NCBI GenBank assembly: GCA_016840465.1
Contig: JAEOSH010000002.1
Span: 60,001-92,000 of the forward strand
Direction: 5' to 3'
DNA length: 32,000 nt
Source: Candidatus Baldrarchaeum yapensis
GTDB taxonomy: Archaea; Asgardarchaeota; Baldrarchaeia; Baldrarchaeales; Baldrarchaeaceae
Of the stretch, positions 1 through 8,861 are shown piece by piece (positions within the stretch are counted from its first letter, which is position 1; every line of letters begins with the position of its first letter). A program made the position numbers and the translations under genes. Under the pieces are notes generated by a model. That model was not told the origin of the DNA. It worked only from the letters and a program-made list of their open reading frames with translations, and did no database searches.

Positions 1-54
1 GCCCTAATATTACATGATGTCCCACCGAATACTGTTGTTAAGGATAAGTGGTAA
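1..54 (+). CDS. 3' end of a truncated gene, possibly a hexapeptide-repeat (left-handed beta-helix) acyl/nucleotidyltransferase such as a GlmU-like protein
   Basis: Frame 1 reads ALILHDVPPNTVVKDKW*. DVPPNTVV resembles the C-terminal 'DVP..tvv' motif of LbH transferases. Only 17 residues are visible. Confidence 0.4.
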   Translation, partial: ALILHDVPPNTVVKDKW

Positions 55-123
55 CTTTTCGAAAAACTTTACACATGAATGAGGGTTTGATATTCATAGA
101 GAGTTGTCGTTGGGATGTGAAGA

Positions 124-642
124 ATGTCCGGTCGCGATGAGAATTATGAGAGGAAAATTCGACGAGAAATAGACAAGATGCTTGCGAAGTTTGCGGGGAG
201 GATGTTATCCAGAGCATATGATGCGATCTACCATAAATTGCTTAAAGCGATGCAGGATGGAGTGATAAAGGTTGATGAGTATGGTATAGAAATGGATCCA
301 GAGACTTTTAGAAAGATTTTCCCCGCACTTGCAGAAGAGGTGTTCTCGGGAGTTGCTAAGTGTTCCATTTCTGGTGTTAGAAGTGAAGGAACGAGTTATG
401 TCGATGAACTTAGAAATCCGGATGTGATAAGCTTTATAAGAAGGGCAAAGAGCGTAGATGAGGCCCTTGAAGTTATAGATTTTCTTGAAAAGCGTGGTGA
501 AATTTCAAAAGAGTATGCTGATCGTTTACGGAAGCAGTTACGCGAAAAGGGATTAGAAAGTTTCGGTCCTCGAAAAGAACCTGGTTATTACATAAAGAGA
601 TATTACAAACCACGTTTTTACGATTTTGAGGAGGAAGATTAA
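124..642 (+). CDS. DUF2095 family protein (conserved archaeal, function unknown) with an N-terminal extension
   Basis: FRKIFPALAEE...NPDVISFIRRAKSVDEALEVIDFLEKRGEISKEYADRLRKQLREKGLESFGPRKEPGYY matches the DUF2095 pattern as recalled from Thermococcales homologues. Confidence 0.8.
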   Translation: MSGRDENYERKIRREIDKMLAKFAGRMLSRAYDAIYHKLLKAMQDGVIKVDEYGIEMDPETFRKIFPALAEEVFSGVAKCSISGVRSEGTSYVDELRNPDVISFIRRAKSVDEALEVIDFLEKRGEISKEYADRLRKQLREKGLESFGPRKEPGYYIKRYYKPRFYDFEEED

Positions 643-664
643 AAGATAGTTGCTGGTGAGATGC

Positions 665-2812
665 ATGAAGGAGATTCTCATTTCATTGCTAATATCTTTG
701 TTACCACTATTTGTAGCGCTCACTTTAATGATATGTTTAAAGAAGGCTAAGAGGTCAGAACTTTTAGTGCGCATATGCGCAGCATTTGTTATTTTTTGGA
801 CAATTTACTGTGTTTTTTCGGCAATGTTCTTTATGTTAATGGGAAGAGAGCCCGAAGTACTAATTACTAGGACAACATTCGATTGGAATGCCGTGTTGTT
901 GATGTTATCATTGCTGTTAGCCGAGGCTACACATGCCTTCATTGTTGCGGTCGTGTATTATCCGCTCTTCCTTTATCCGTTAATTTACGTTTTAGCGCCG
1001 ATAATTTCCGTCTTAATACTGTGTATTAATGTGGGCACATCACGATTGAAAGAAGTAGATACGTGGATCGACATAAAGTCTTATGAGAGGATGAATTGGA
1101 AGGAAGAAGTGGAATTTCTGAAATTGTCAATTGTAAGCCTTCCAGTATCATTGTACTTCCTAGTAACGATACTGAGACTATTCGGATATGAAGAGAACCC
1201 AATGGCCGTGGGAACTACGGCTCTTGGCTGGATAATTGAAGTGTTCGTAGTAACGCTACTGGCGTTTATTCTCGGAGCGCATATTTTGTATGCGGCAAGA
1301 GTCTATCATCAAGGAGTCTTCTTAGGGGAGGTTTTGAAGGGTAGAATCTTTCGAGGCTTCCTTGTGGTCGGGCTAATAATGTCCATAATGAGCATCTTGA
1401 CGTTTTTGCAGGCACACCCGATCGCCATTTACACGATACTCTACTTTTCCGCATACTACATTATGGTTGTAGGAATATTTCTTCTCTTTTTTAGATTCTT
1501 TGAACCGATCTCGGTCTACATATTTGTGAAATTGATTGCTTTCCTGAAGTCACCACGAGAGCTTAGAATTTCCCCCATCTCTATTGTGATAAGCGTAATG
1601 TGTGCTGTAGTTGCTGTTAGCGTGACATTGCTTTTCATGCGAACATTCCTTATCACTGTTCAACAACCGTTGACATACAGAATATCAGAAGACATTTCTA
1701 AATGCTTGATACGGCAGGTTGCAACGTATAACTCCATATTGAATGTTTGTGCAGTACTAACAATGTCTGCTGTGCAAACTCTCCTAGCTATAGTAGTACT
1801 CTCAGCTACCGCGTTTGTCACGAAGAAGGCCCTCCTGGGACGCGGAATAATCGTTCCGGCAATCTTTACTGGAATCGCCAAGGTTTTCACGGATATCATT
1901 CTTGTCAAGATAGAAAGATCCCTATTCTGGGAAGTGTTTGTATTCTCTGCATTCAAGATCTCTAATGTGATGATCTTTTTGCCACGTTCTGCATTCCTGA
2001 AGATGGATCCTATACTGGAGACATCATTCATTGCATTATTTTATCCGTACGAGATACTAAAAACAATTTCGACTATATTGGTGCTGATAATAGCGTTTTA
2101 TCTGTTCTTTGGAGGCATTCATACGTTTAGAGTCAAACAAGCGCGTGCAAATCTGTTATTCGTATGTGAAAGAGATGGTTTGCTTGATCGCGATACATTA
2201 TTTAAACCAGTGGATGAACTGCCCATACTGATCGATTCTGTAGAATTAAATGATAACGAGAGGAGAATTCTTGACCTTTTGAGTCAGTACAAAGCGATGA
2301 AGTTCGCATCGCTTTTGGAATTGTCAAATATGAACCGAAAAGAATTAATTTCCGTGTTGAAAAGTTTGAAGCGCAAGAAGTTAATAGAGATGTATGCATG
2401 CGATTTGGAAGTGGAAGTTCCGGTACCCTCAATTCTCGGGCTTTATGTCGTTAGTAATGAGGGTCTACCCATATATTCTGAAGAATTTGCAGAAAAAGCT
2501 ATAGATCCGACTTTGATTTCTGGAATGTTCTCCGCAATTTCTAGCTTTTTAAAGGAAACTGTAAGAAGTGCAGAACGGCTAAGAAAAATAGATCACGGGG
2601 ATATAATTATAGTGCTCGAGTATGGATCTAAGTTTTTCGTCGCATTAATAGTCGACCGAGAGACGCCAGAAATCCGTATGCGCCTGAAGAACTTTGTTAC
2701 GATGTTTGAAGTGAAATACGGCCGATTCATTAAAGAGGGGTACGTTGATCTTGGAAGGTTCGCGGACGCAAAAGATCTCGTGAGGGAGGTTTTTGGCGAA
2801 TTCCTACAATAA
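665..2812 (+). CDS. Multi-pass membrane protein (about 12-14 hydrophobic segments) with a cytoplasmic winged-HTH and a C-terminal longin-like domain
   Basis: Hydrophobic stretches span ORF residues ~8-490. LNDNERRILDLL...MNRKELISVLKSLKRKKLIE is wHTH-like. ILGLYVVSNEGLPIYS...DPTLISGMFSAISSFLKE...IDHGDIIIVLEYGSKFFVALIVD...LKNFVTMFEVKY is longin-like. SD GGTGA at 655-659 supports ATG 665 (ORF track starts at TTG 650). Confidence 0.75.
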   Translation: MKEILISLLISLLPLFVALTLMICLKKAKRSELLVRICAAFVIFWTIYCVFSAMFFMLMGREPEVLITRTTFDWNAVLLMLSLLLAEATHAFIVAVVYYPLFLYPLIYVLAPIISVLILCINVGTSRLKEVDTWIDIKSYERMNWKEEVEFLKLSIVSLPVSLYFLVTILRLFGYEENPMAVGTTALGWIIEVFVVTLLAFILGAHILYAARVYHQGVFLGEVLKGRIFRGFLVVGLIMSIMSILTFLQAHPIAIYTILYFSAYYIMVVGIFLLFFRFFEPISVYIFVKLIAFLKSPRELRISPISIVISVMCAVVAVSVTLLFMRTFLITVQQPLTYRISEDISKCLIRQVATYNSILNVCAVLTMSAVQTLLAIVVLSATAFVTKKALLGRGIIVPAIFTGIAKVFTDIILVKIERSLFWEVFVFSAFKISNVMIFLPRSAFLKMDPILETSFIALFYPYEILKTISTILVLIIAFYLFFGGIHTFRVKQARANLLFVCERDGLLDRDTLFKPVDELPILIDSVELNDNERRILDLLSQYKAMKFASLLELSNMNRKELISVLKSLKRKKLIEMYACDLEVEVPVPSILGLYVVSNEGLPIYSEEFAEKAIDPTLISGMFSAISSFLKETVRSAERLRKIDHGDIIIVLEYGSKFFVALIVDRETPEIRMRLKNFVTMFEVKYGRFIKEGYVDLGRFADAKDLVREVFGEFLQ

Positions 2813-2821
2813 TCAAATTGG

Positions 2822-3784
2822 GTGCTAAAAGTGAGCGAGATAAGGCCTATAAAGATAAGTAAGGGTTTAAAAGTCAGTGATTTGATCCACGAATATGGAA
2901 AAGCCGGGGTTTTCGGGGCAGGTAGGGTCTCACGAGCCGTAGAAATCTTAAGCGAGATGTTTTCTGATGACAAAGCTACTGTCTATTTAGGCTTCTCGGG
3001 TGCGCTCTGTGCAGCTGGTATGCGACAAATATTTGCAGAAATGATAAAAGAGGGGCTTTTGGACGTAATTGTAACTACTGGTGCTAATGTTACTCATGAT
3101 ATAATAGAGGCGCTTGGAGGCAGACATATAAGGAACATTAAGTACTTAGATGATGAGGATCTCCGTAGAAGGCAATTAAATAGAATATTTGATGCATTTA
3201 TAAGCGATGAGGCTTTTATTACCTTTGAAAAGAAAATCCAGATGATACTTTCTGATATAGAGGAAAAAAAGCGTAAAAATGGAATTGCTCCCTTCGAACT
3301 CATCTGGGAAATTGGCTACAGAATAAACGATCCGAATTCCATGGTGCGGCAGGCGGCTCTGAATAATGTTCCGATATTTTGCCCAGCGATAGTAGACTCA
3401 ATACTAGGTCTGCAGATCTATCTCTTTTCTCAGGAAAATACCATCAAGATAGATCCCTTGAAGGACTTAAGGAAGATAATAGATATAACATTCGAATCTG
3501 ACCGTAAGGGTGCAATTATTTTGGGAGGTGGTGTCCCCAAAAACTTCATATTTCAGGCAGCGCTCATTACAGGGAAGGGTTTTGATTATGCAATTCAAAT
3601 AACGATGGACAGGCCTGAGGCCGGGGGTCTTAGTGGAGCCTCGATTGCTGAGGCGATCTCTTGGGGTAAAGTTAAAAGTGATGCGCAGTGGGTTGATGTT
3701 ATAGGTGATGTGACAATAATCTTTCCGTTGATCCTTTCGGCAGCATTGGATAACATGGGAAAGGGCAAAGGTTCTACTCGCTAA
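2822..3784 (+). CDS. dys: Deoxyhypusine synthase
   Basis: Motifs IVTTGANVTHD, RIFDAFI, FCPAIVDS, ILGGGVPKNF and EAISWGKV (catalytic Lys). Alternative SD-supported GTG start at 2831. Confidence 0.95.
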   Translation: MLKVSEIRPIKISKGLKVSDLIHEYGKAGVFGAGRVSRAVEILSEMFSDDKATVYLGFSGALCAAGMRQIFAEMIKEGLLDVIVTTGANVTHDIIEALGGRHIRNIKYLDDEDLRRRQLNRIFDAFISDEAFITFEKKIQMILSDIEEKKRKNGIAPFELIWEIGYRINDPNSMVRQAALNNVPIFCPAIVDSILGLQIYLFSQENTIKIDPLKDLRKIIDITFESDRKGAIILGGGVPKNFIFQAALITGKGFDYAIQITMDRPEAGGLSGASIAEAISWGKVKSDAQWVDVIGDVTIIFPLILSAALDNMGKGKGSTR

Positions 3785-5141
3785 AATAGTACCAGGGCTC
3801 ATGCAATTTTATGGTCTCTTTTCTCTTCTTTTCCAGGCCATACCTTTGGTAAGGCTTTGTTAAATGTCTATGTGCACGAGGCGGTGGTATGTAGAGTCCA
3901 TCTTTCAGATCTCGCTTTATTTCTTCTACTTCTTTTTCTGCATCGACCAATTTTAAGCCACACTTTTTACAGCGATAACCACCTGATCTGCCCAATGACT
4001 TCATACGTTTTCCGCACTTTGGACATTTGGGGTTTCTAGAAATAAACTTTCTTGCCAACTTTACGATTTCAATTTTTTCAAGGTTTACGGTAAATTTCGA
4101 GCCATTCAGAGGTCTAACACCCCCATATGCTATGATTTCATCGCCCGGTTCGAGTTTTTGAATTATTTTGCGAAAATCTCCAGTGGGCTCATATGCTGCA
4201 GCATCTATGGCGCCCGTCTCATCCCTTAGTCTCACTATTACGTGCCCACCCTCAATTACCTCGGGTTTAGAATCAACTATAGCTTTGATTTTACAGGGCA
4301 GATACGGCCTTAGCTCGGATATTTTCCTATAAACTATAAGATGATCATCGGTTCCCTGGTTTGTCCGAAAAATCACCCAACATGCGATTGGCTCGCCCGT
4401 CTTGATGTACTTTAGCGCTTCGATTAATACCCTAGGATTCTCCCCCCTAATGCCAAAGAGCACCGGATCTGGGCCATGTGGTGTAATGAGAATTCTACCG
4501 GTTTCATAATCGACATTATTAAAAGTGAGCGGAAAGGTTTCCCTATCCATCAGCATGACTGATTGCGGATCCACTCTCCTAGGAGTTCCCCAATTCTCTC
4601 TTTTCCTATACGCAAGCAACTCGTACGTGTAATCGCCATCAAGAGTTTCGCCGACTGCTGCAAGAGCTCCTATAATTCCTCTGCGTTCCTTATAGCCTAT
4701 TATCTCAACATTCAACATTTTTGCGATTCTCTCTGCCTCCTCGATTTCGACAATATCTCTTATTACCTTTTTTGCAAAACACTTTAGCGGTGTAGGAATC
4801 TTTCCTCTTAAGAACGCTATACCGGGATTTGTCTTTTCATCCTCGATCATAAACCATTTTTCTACTTCCTGTATGACTGTACGTTTTATTTCTTCGATAA
4901 GATTCTCGTTTACGAGAACTCTTATTGCTACCGCGCCGTTTCCCCTCGTCTTGTATGGTACATTTGGGTTTAACCTGATAAGGTTGGGATAGTCAATGAA
5001 TTCAACTTCGAACTCCTTTACAAGTTTTCTGATAATTTGTGCTGCTATGTAAGTCGTACATCCACCCCTTACCGAGTCTGTATCATCTATTCCTATGTGA
5101 AACTCTATTTTGGGGCCAAAATGCGAGATTTTGCTCACCAC
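3774..5141 (-). CDS. tiaS: tRNA(Ile2) 2-agmatinylcytidine synthetase
   Basis: GIDDTDS..GGCTTY, RLNPNVPYKTRGNGAVA, TPHGPDPVLFGIRG, an OB-fold region and a CPKC...CKKC zinc ribbon. Confidence 0.95.
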   Translation of the reverse strand: MVSKISHFGPKIEFHIGIDDTDSVRGGCTTYIAAQIIRKLVKEFEVEFIDYPNLIRLNPNVPYKTRGNGAVAIRVLVNENLIEEIKRTVIQEVEKWFMIEDEKTNPGIAFLRGKIPTPLKCFAKKVIRDIVEIEEAERIAKMLNVEIIGYKERRGIIGALAAVGETLDGDYTYELLAYRKRENWGTPRRVDPQSVMLMDRETFPLTFNNVDYETGRILITPHGPDPVLFGIRGENPRVLIEALKYIKTGEPIACWVIFRTNQGTDDHLIVYRKISELRPYLPCKIKAIVDSKPEVIEGGHVIVRLRDETGAIDAAAYEPTGDFRKIIQKLEPGDEIIAYGGVRPLNGSKFTVNLEKIEIVKLARKFISRNPKCPKCGKRMKSLGRSGGYRCKKCGLKLVDAEKEVEEIKRDLKDGLYIPPPRAHRHLTKPYQRYGLEKKRKETIKLHEPWYYFSE

Positions 5142-5986
5142 CTTGCCAGAGGCAACAAAAATGCTACCATTGCAAGAAGCATCGCCAATAGTATTTTGTT
5201 TTTAACGTTTCTTGCATTAGCGGGCGATGGATCCTTTATCAGTTTCACTGATAAAAATACGAAGAAAGAATCGGCTACTAAAACCCCTATCAGATACGCT
5301 ATTGTCAGCAAATTCATTAGATACGGTAAGGGGCTCAATAAAACCGCGGTTATATAGAATAAAGCTGCAATTTTTGCCGCTTTGTCCTCTCCAAGACTTA
5401 TCGCTACTGTTTTTATTCCTTTGGCCTTATCTCCCTCAACATCCACGATTCCCTTATTTACTTCACGGCCCAGATTTGCAAAAAACGCTAAAAGAGCAAA
5501 TATCATTAGAAGATGTGTTACTCCCACGCCCACTGCGATGCCACCATAGAGGAAAGGGGCAGCAACGCACGCGCTTACTACTGCGTTCCCGAGCAAACCA
5601 TACTTCTTCAGTTTGAAGTTATACATTATTGCGAGCGTCCAAAAGAGTAGAGCAAAGAGAAAACTGTACAATCCGAGCAATGCTGAAAAGAGAAGCCCTA
5701 ACGCTGATAAAATTGCGGAAAATATTAATGCCTCCTCGGGACTTATCGCCCCCCTTGGTATGGGTCTATGAGGCGCATTGATAGCATCAATATGCCTGTC
5801 AAAATAATCGTTTGACGCATCTGCGGCACCTTGTATCAAAAAACCGGTCAGAAAGCCAAATATCGCGTGATATGAAGAAGGAGCACTTCCATGTAATGCA
5901 AACAATTCCCCTATTATCACCGCGATACCTATCATCACGCAATTAGGCACACGCATTAACTCGATAATGGCCTTTAACTTTTCCAT
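5135..5986 (-). CDS. Digeranylgeranylglyceryl phosphate synthase (UbiA family prenyltransferase, archaeal ether lipid synthesis)
   Basis: RVPNCVMIG, NDYFDRHIDAINAPHRPIPRG and REVNKGIVDVEGD, plus multiple TM segments. ATG at 5986 preferred (ORF track 5998). Confidence 0.85.
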   Translation of the reverse strand: MEKLKAIIELMRVPNCVMIGIAVIIGELFALHGSAPSSYHAIFGFLTGFLIQGAADASNDYFDRHIDAINAPHRPIPRGAISPEEALIFSAILSALGLLFSALLGLYSFLFALLFWTLAIMYNFKLKKYGLLGNAVVSACVAAPFLYGGIAVGVGVTHLLMIFALLAFFANLGREVNKGIVDVEGDKAKGIKTVAISLGEDKAAKIAALFYITAVLLSPLPYLMNLLTIAYLIGVLVADSFFVFLSVKLIKDPSPANARNVKNKILLAMLLAMVAFLLPLARW

Positions 5987-6030
5987 ACTCTCTCCCACTC
6001 TTTCTCAAGCCGTAGAAAAAACGATAATGA

Positions 6031-6105
6031 TGGGCCCGGCGGGATTTGAACCCGCGACCCCCGGCTTATCAGGCCGGTGCTCTAACCATGCTGAGCTACG
6101 GGCCC
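6031..6105 (-). tRNA. tRNA-Ile(GAU), no intron, CCA not encoded
   Basis: Acceptor stem GGGCCCG/CGGGCCC, discriminator A, anticodon arm CCGGC-CU GAU AA-GCCGG, T arm GCGGG UUCAAAU CCCGC. Confidence 0.97.
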
Positions 6106-6130
6106 TGAGGTTGCACGTGCCTACACATCC

Positions 6131-6140
6131 ATATATTTTA
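6131..6140 (-). promoter_or_regulatory. Putative TATA box of tRNA-Ile
   Basis: Minus-strand TAAAATATAT lies 26-35 nt upstream of the tRNA 5' end. Confidence 0.4.
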
Positions 6141-6141
6141 G

Positions 6142-6216
6142 TGGTGGACCCGCCGGGATTCGAACCCGGGGCCTCCGCCTTGCGAGGGCGGCGCTCTACC
6201 ACTGAGCTACGGGCCC
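6142..6216 (-). tRNA. tRNA-Ala(CGC), CCA encoded
   Basis: Acceptor stem GGGCCCG/CGGGUCC with the G3:U70 Ala identity pair, anticodon arm CCGCC-CU CGC AA-GGCGG, T loop UUCGAAU, 3' ACCA. Confidence 0.97.
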
Positions 6217-6242
6217 CATCATTACTCTTTTTACCTTTAACC

Positions 6243-6254
6243 TTTAAATTTTCC
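6243..6254 (-). promoter_or_regulatory. Putative BRE/TATA of tRNA-Ala
   Basis: Minus-strand GGAAAA-TTTAAA, with the TATA element about 27 nt upstream of the tRNA 5' end. Confidence 0.55.
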
Positions 6255-6410
6255 TACGTGTTTACATGTTGCTTTCCGGGATAAAAAGAGTTAGTTAGCA
6301 TGTAAAGTTGATCTTAGACGAGGACTAAGACTATTCTGGGAGGGGTGATTTTGCCTAAGAGAGGATGTGCGATCAGTCTAAAGGTTATGGTTTTAGGGGA
6401 GGTAATCTGG

Positions 6411-8861
6411 CTAAATTTTCAGATATACTGTGTATTCTTTGCCGCCCACTTGAAAGCTTTCCGAGATCATTCCCTCAGTGGTTGGTGGTGTTCCGAAATT
6501 TATACTTCTTGCCTTATGCATTTCCTTTAAGTCCTTTTCGAAGGGCTTGAGGTCTTTCGGCAACCATAACTCGCTTATTGAGGCTCTCAATGATATCTTC
6601 TTTGATTTTTTCAGTTTCCAGACACAACTGTTTGCTTTCAGAAGTATCGGCGTTACATTTGTTAAATCGGTCTCCCACTCCTTTGTCGGCTCAGGAAATC
6701 TCTCCAAATGAATGCTCTTGTTAGGAGAGTAGAGAGTGCGGTATATCTTTTCCGTAATGAAGGGAGTTATCGGAGCGAGCAATTTCAATATCGTCTTTAG
6801 AGCTGTGTGAAGTGCATACCATGCGCCCCTTTGCTCTTCCTCCGAGAATGTTCCGTCTCTATTATAGGCACGTGATTTTACGAGTTCTATGTAATGTGAT
6901 GCAAATGTCTCCCATACGAATGAACGTATGACGTTTGCAGGTATTTGGAAGTTAAGGGCTTCATACCCCTTCTTTGCCTCTTTTATCAATTTGTTCAGTT
7001 CTCCGAGGATCCATCTATCGGCGGGGAGTAATGTGAATCTCTCCTCAGGTATAGGGAACGCTGAGATGAAACGGGCAATGTTCCAGAGTTTTACCAAGAA
7101 TTTAAACGCTCCTTGGAGTCTTTGTTCCGAGAATCTAATATCAGATCCGAGACCAGCCTCCATACTAGACCATAGCCTCATAGCGTCCGCGCCATATTTC
7201 TCTATCAGGGGACGCGGCCATATTATGTTGCCTTTTGACTTAGACATTTTTTCGCCTTTTTCGTCGAGTACCATGCCGCTTATCCATACTTCTCTAAAGG
7301 CGGGCGCCTTGAGTAATAGATATGACCTAAGAATTGTGTAATACAGCCATGTCCGGACAATATCCTTTCCCTGAGGGCGTAAAGAGCACGGAAATGTTCT
7401 TTCAAAGAATTTCTGATCTCTCAGATACCTTAGTATTTGTAAATTGCTGATTCCTGAATCAAACCACGTGTCAAATGTTCTCTCTTCTCCACGGAATCCT
7501 TTTTTCGACCCACAGTGGGGACACTTATCAAAGGGCGGGGGTTCCCTCCATGGCTGATAATACTTTCCCGGTGGAGGCACTACTGCTTTTCCGCATTCCA
7601 AGCAGTACCATAATGGTATCTCCGTTCCGTAGTACCTACGTCTACTGATGGGCCAATCGGTTGTCACAGCATTTATCCAATTTAGTAATAATTGTTTGCT
7701 CTCGGGAGGGAAGAATTTGATCTCATCTACGATCTTCTTTAATTCGGGGAGAAATTCTACCTGCTTGAGATAGTATTCCGGCATTATTATGAACTCTATT
7801 GGATCCTTGGATCGCCAACATATCGGAATTCTATGGATTATTTTTTCTTTCTTTACTACGAGCCCCAGTTTCTCGAGATCCTTTATTATCTCTTCTCGAG
7901 CGCGTTTTACGGGCAGGCCCTTGTACTTGCCCGCAACTTCCGTCATTGTGCCATCGGGGCTTATTGCCGTTATAGGTTTCAACTTCAGCTCCCGATAAAG
8001 GCGTACATCTGTGTAGTCACCGAATGAGCATACCATCATGGCACCTGTTCCAAATTTAGGGTTTGCCTCCTTATGTGGTATTATCGGAACTTCTAAGTTG
8101 TATATCGGCACTATTGCAGTTTTCCCATGGAGTTGCTTGTATCTATCGTCATCGGGATGTACTATCACACATCCACAGGCGCAAAGCAACTCGGGGCGTG
8201 TCGTAGCAATAATTAAGTCCTGCCCTGTCTCTTTCACCTTGAATTTTATATAGACGAGAAGGGTTTCTTCTTCAGCGTACTCGACCTCGGCGTCTGCAAT
8301 TGTTGTCCGGCAGGTAGGACACCAGTTGTTGGGCCTGACGGCTTCGTATATCAGTCCTTTTTTCCAGTATTCTATAAATGTCGCTTGTGTTATTCTTCTA
8401 TATTCAGGACTGTCAGTTCTATAAATGTCCTTATCGTCGAAGGAGTTGCAACTAAGGCCCATTCTTCTGGCGATCCAAATTATGTCTTTTTCATACTCGT
8501 CCAGTAATTTCTTACATAGTTCTATGAACTTTTCGCGGGGCACCTCGAAAAACCTAACATTAAACATTTTCTCTGCTTCTACCTCTATAGGTAAACCGTT
8601 TCTGTCAATCCCAAATGGAAATAAGACTTCATATCCTTGCATGCGCCTAAATCTTGCGATCATGTCTATTTGACCGTAATGTATTGCACCTCCGAGGTGC
8701 CATTTTCCACTTGCATAGGGTGGCGGTGTGTCTATGGAGTATATAGGTTTGTTTGTGTTCTCATTGAACTTGTATGTTTGTTCTTTTTCCCAAAGTTCTA
8801 GTATCTCCTCCTCTATCGAGGGATCCCACCTAGTCTCTCCTAATTTTGGCTTAAACTCCAT
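6411..8861 (-). CDS. valS: Valine--tRNA ligase
   Basis: SIDTPPPYASGKWHLGG (HIGH-like), editing-domain IATTRPELL, WPISRRRYYG, FDTWFDS and KMSKS. SD GGAGAGGTGA upstream. Confidence 0.95.
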   Translation of the reverse strand: MEFKPKLGETRWDPSIEEEILELWEKEQTYKFNENTNKPIYSIDTPPPYASGKWHLGGAIHYGQIDMIARFRRMQGYEVLFPFGIDRNGLPIEVEAEKMFNVRFFEVPREKFIELCKKLLDEYEKDIIWIARRMGLSCNSFDDKDIYRTDSPEYRRITQATFIEYWKKGLIYEAVRPNNWCPTCRTTIADAEVEYAEEETLLVYIKFKVKETGQDLIIATTRPELLCACGCVIVHPDDDRYKQLHGKTAIVPIYNLEVPIIPHKEANPKFGTGAMMVCSFGDYTDVRLYRELKLKPITAISPDGTMTEVAGKYKGLPVKRAREEIIKDLEKLGLVVKKEKIIHRIPICWRSKDPIEFIIMPEYYLKQVEFLPELKKIVDEIKFFPPESKQLLLNWINAVTTDWPISRRRYYGTEIPLWYCLECGKAVVPPPGKYYQPWREPPPFDKCPHCGSKKGFRGEERTFDTWFDSGISNLQILRYLRDQKFFERTFPCSLRPQGKDIVRTWLYYTILRSYLLLKAPAFREVWISGMVLDEKGEKMSKSKGNIIWPRPLIEKYGADAMRLWSSMEAGLGSDIRFSEQRLQGAFKFLVKLWNIARFISAFPIPEERFTLLPADRWILGELNKLIKEAKKGYEALNFQIPANVIRSFVWETFASHYIELVKSRAYNRDGTFSEEEQRGAWYALHTALKTILKLLAPITPFITEKIYRTLYSPNKSIHLERFPEPTKEWETDLTNVTPILLKANSCVWKLKKSKKISLRASISELWLPKDLKPFEKDLKEMHKARSINFGTPPTTEGMISESFQVGGKEYTVYLKI

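Noticed and set aside
6031-6105. tRNA-Ile near tiaS as a possible enzyme-substrate pair
   Set aside because: The anticodon is GAU. TiaS modifies tRNA-Ile2 with a CAU anticodon, which is not in this window.
5967-6284. ORFs of 105 aa (+) and 65 aa (-) across the tRNA pair, and ORFs 9570..10064 and 9776..9964 across tRNA-Leu
   Set aside because: These frames are open because GC-rich tRNA sequence is poor in stop codons; the tRNA cloverleaves explain the sequence.
6258-6306. Minus-strand hairpin followed by ACA, resembling an H/ACA guide RNA
   Set aside because: About 46 nt is too short, and no K-turn or clear pseudouridylation pocket is visible. Kept only as a generic structured spacer.
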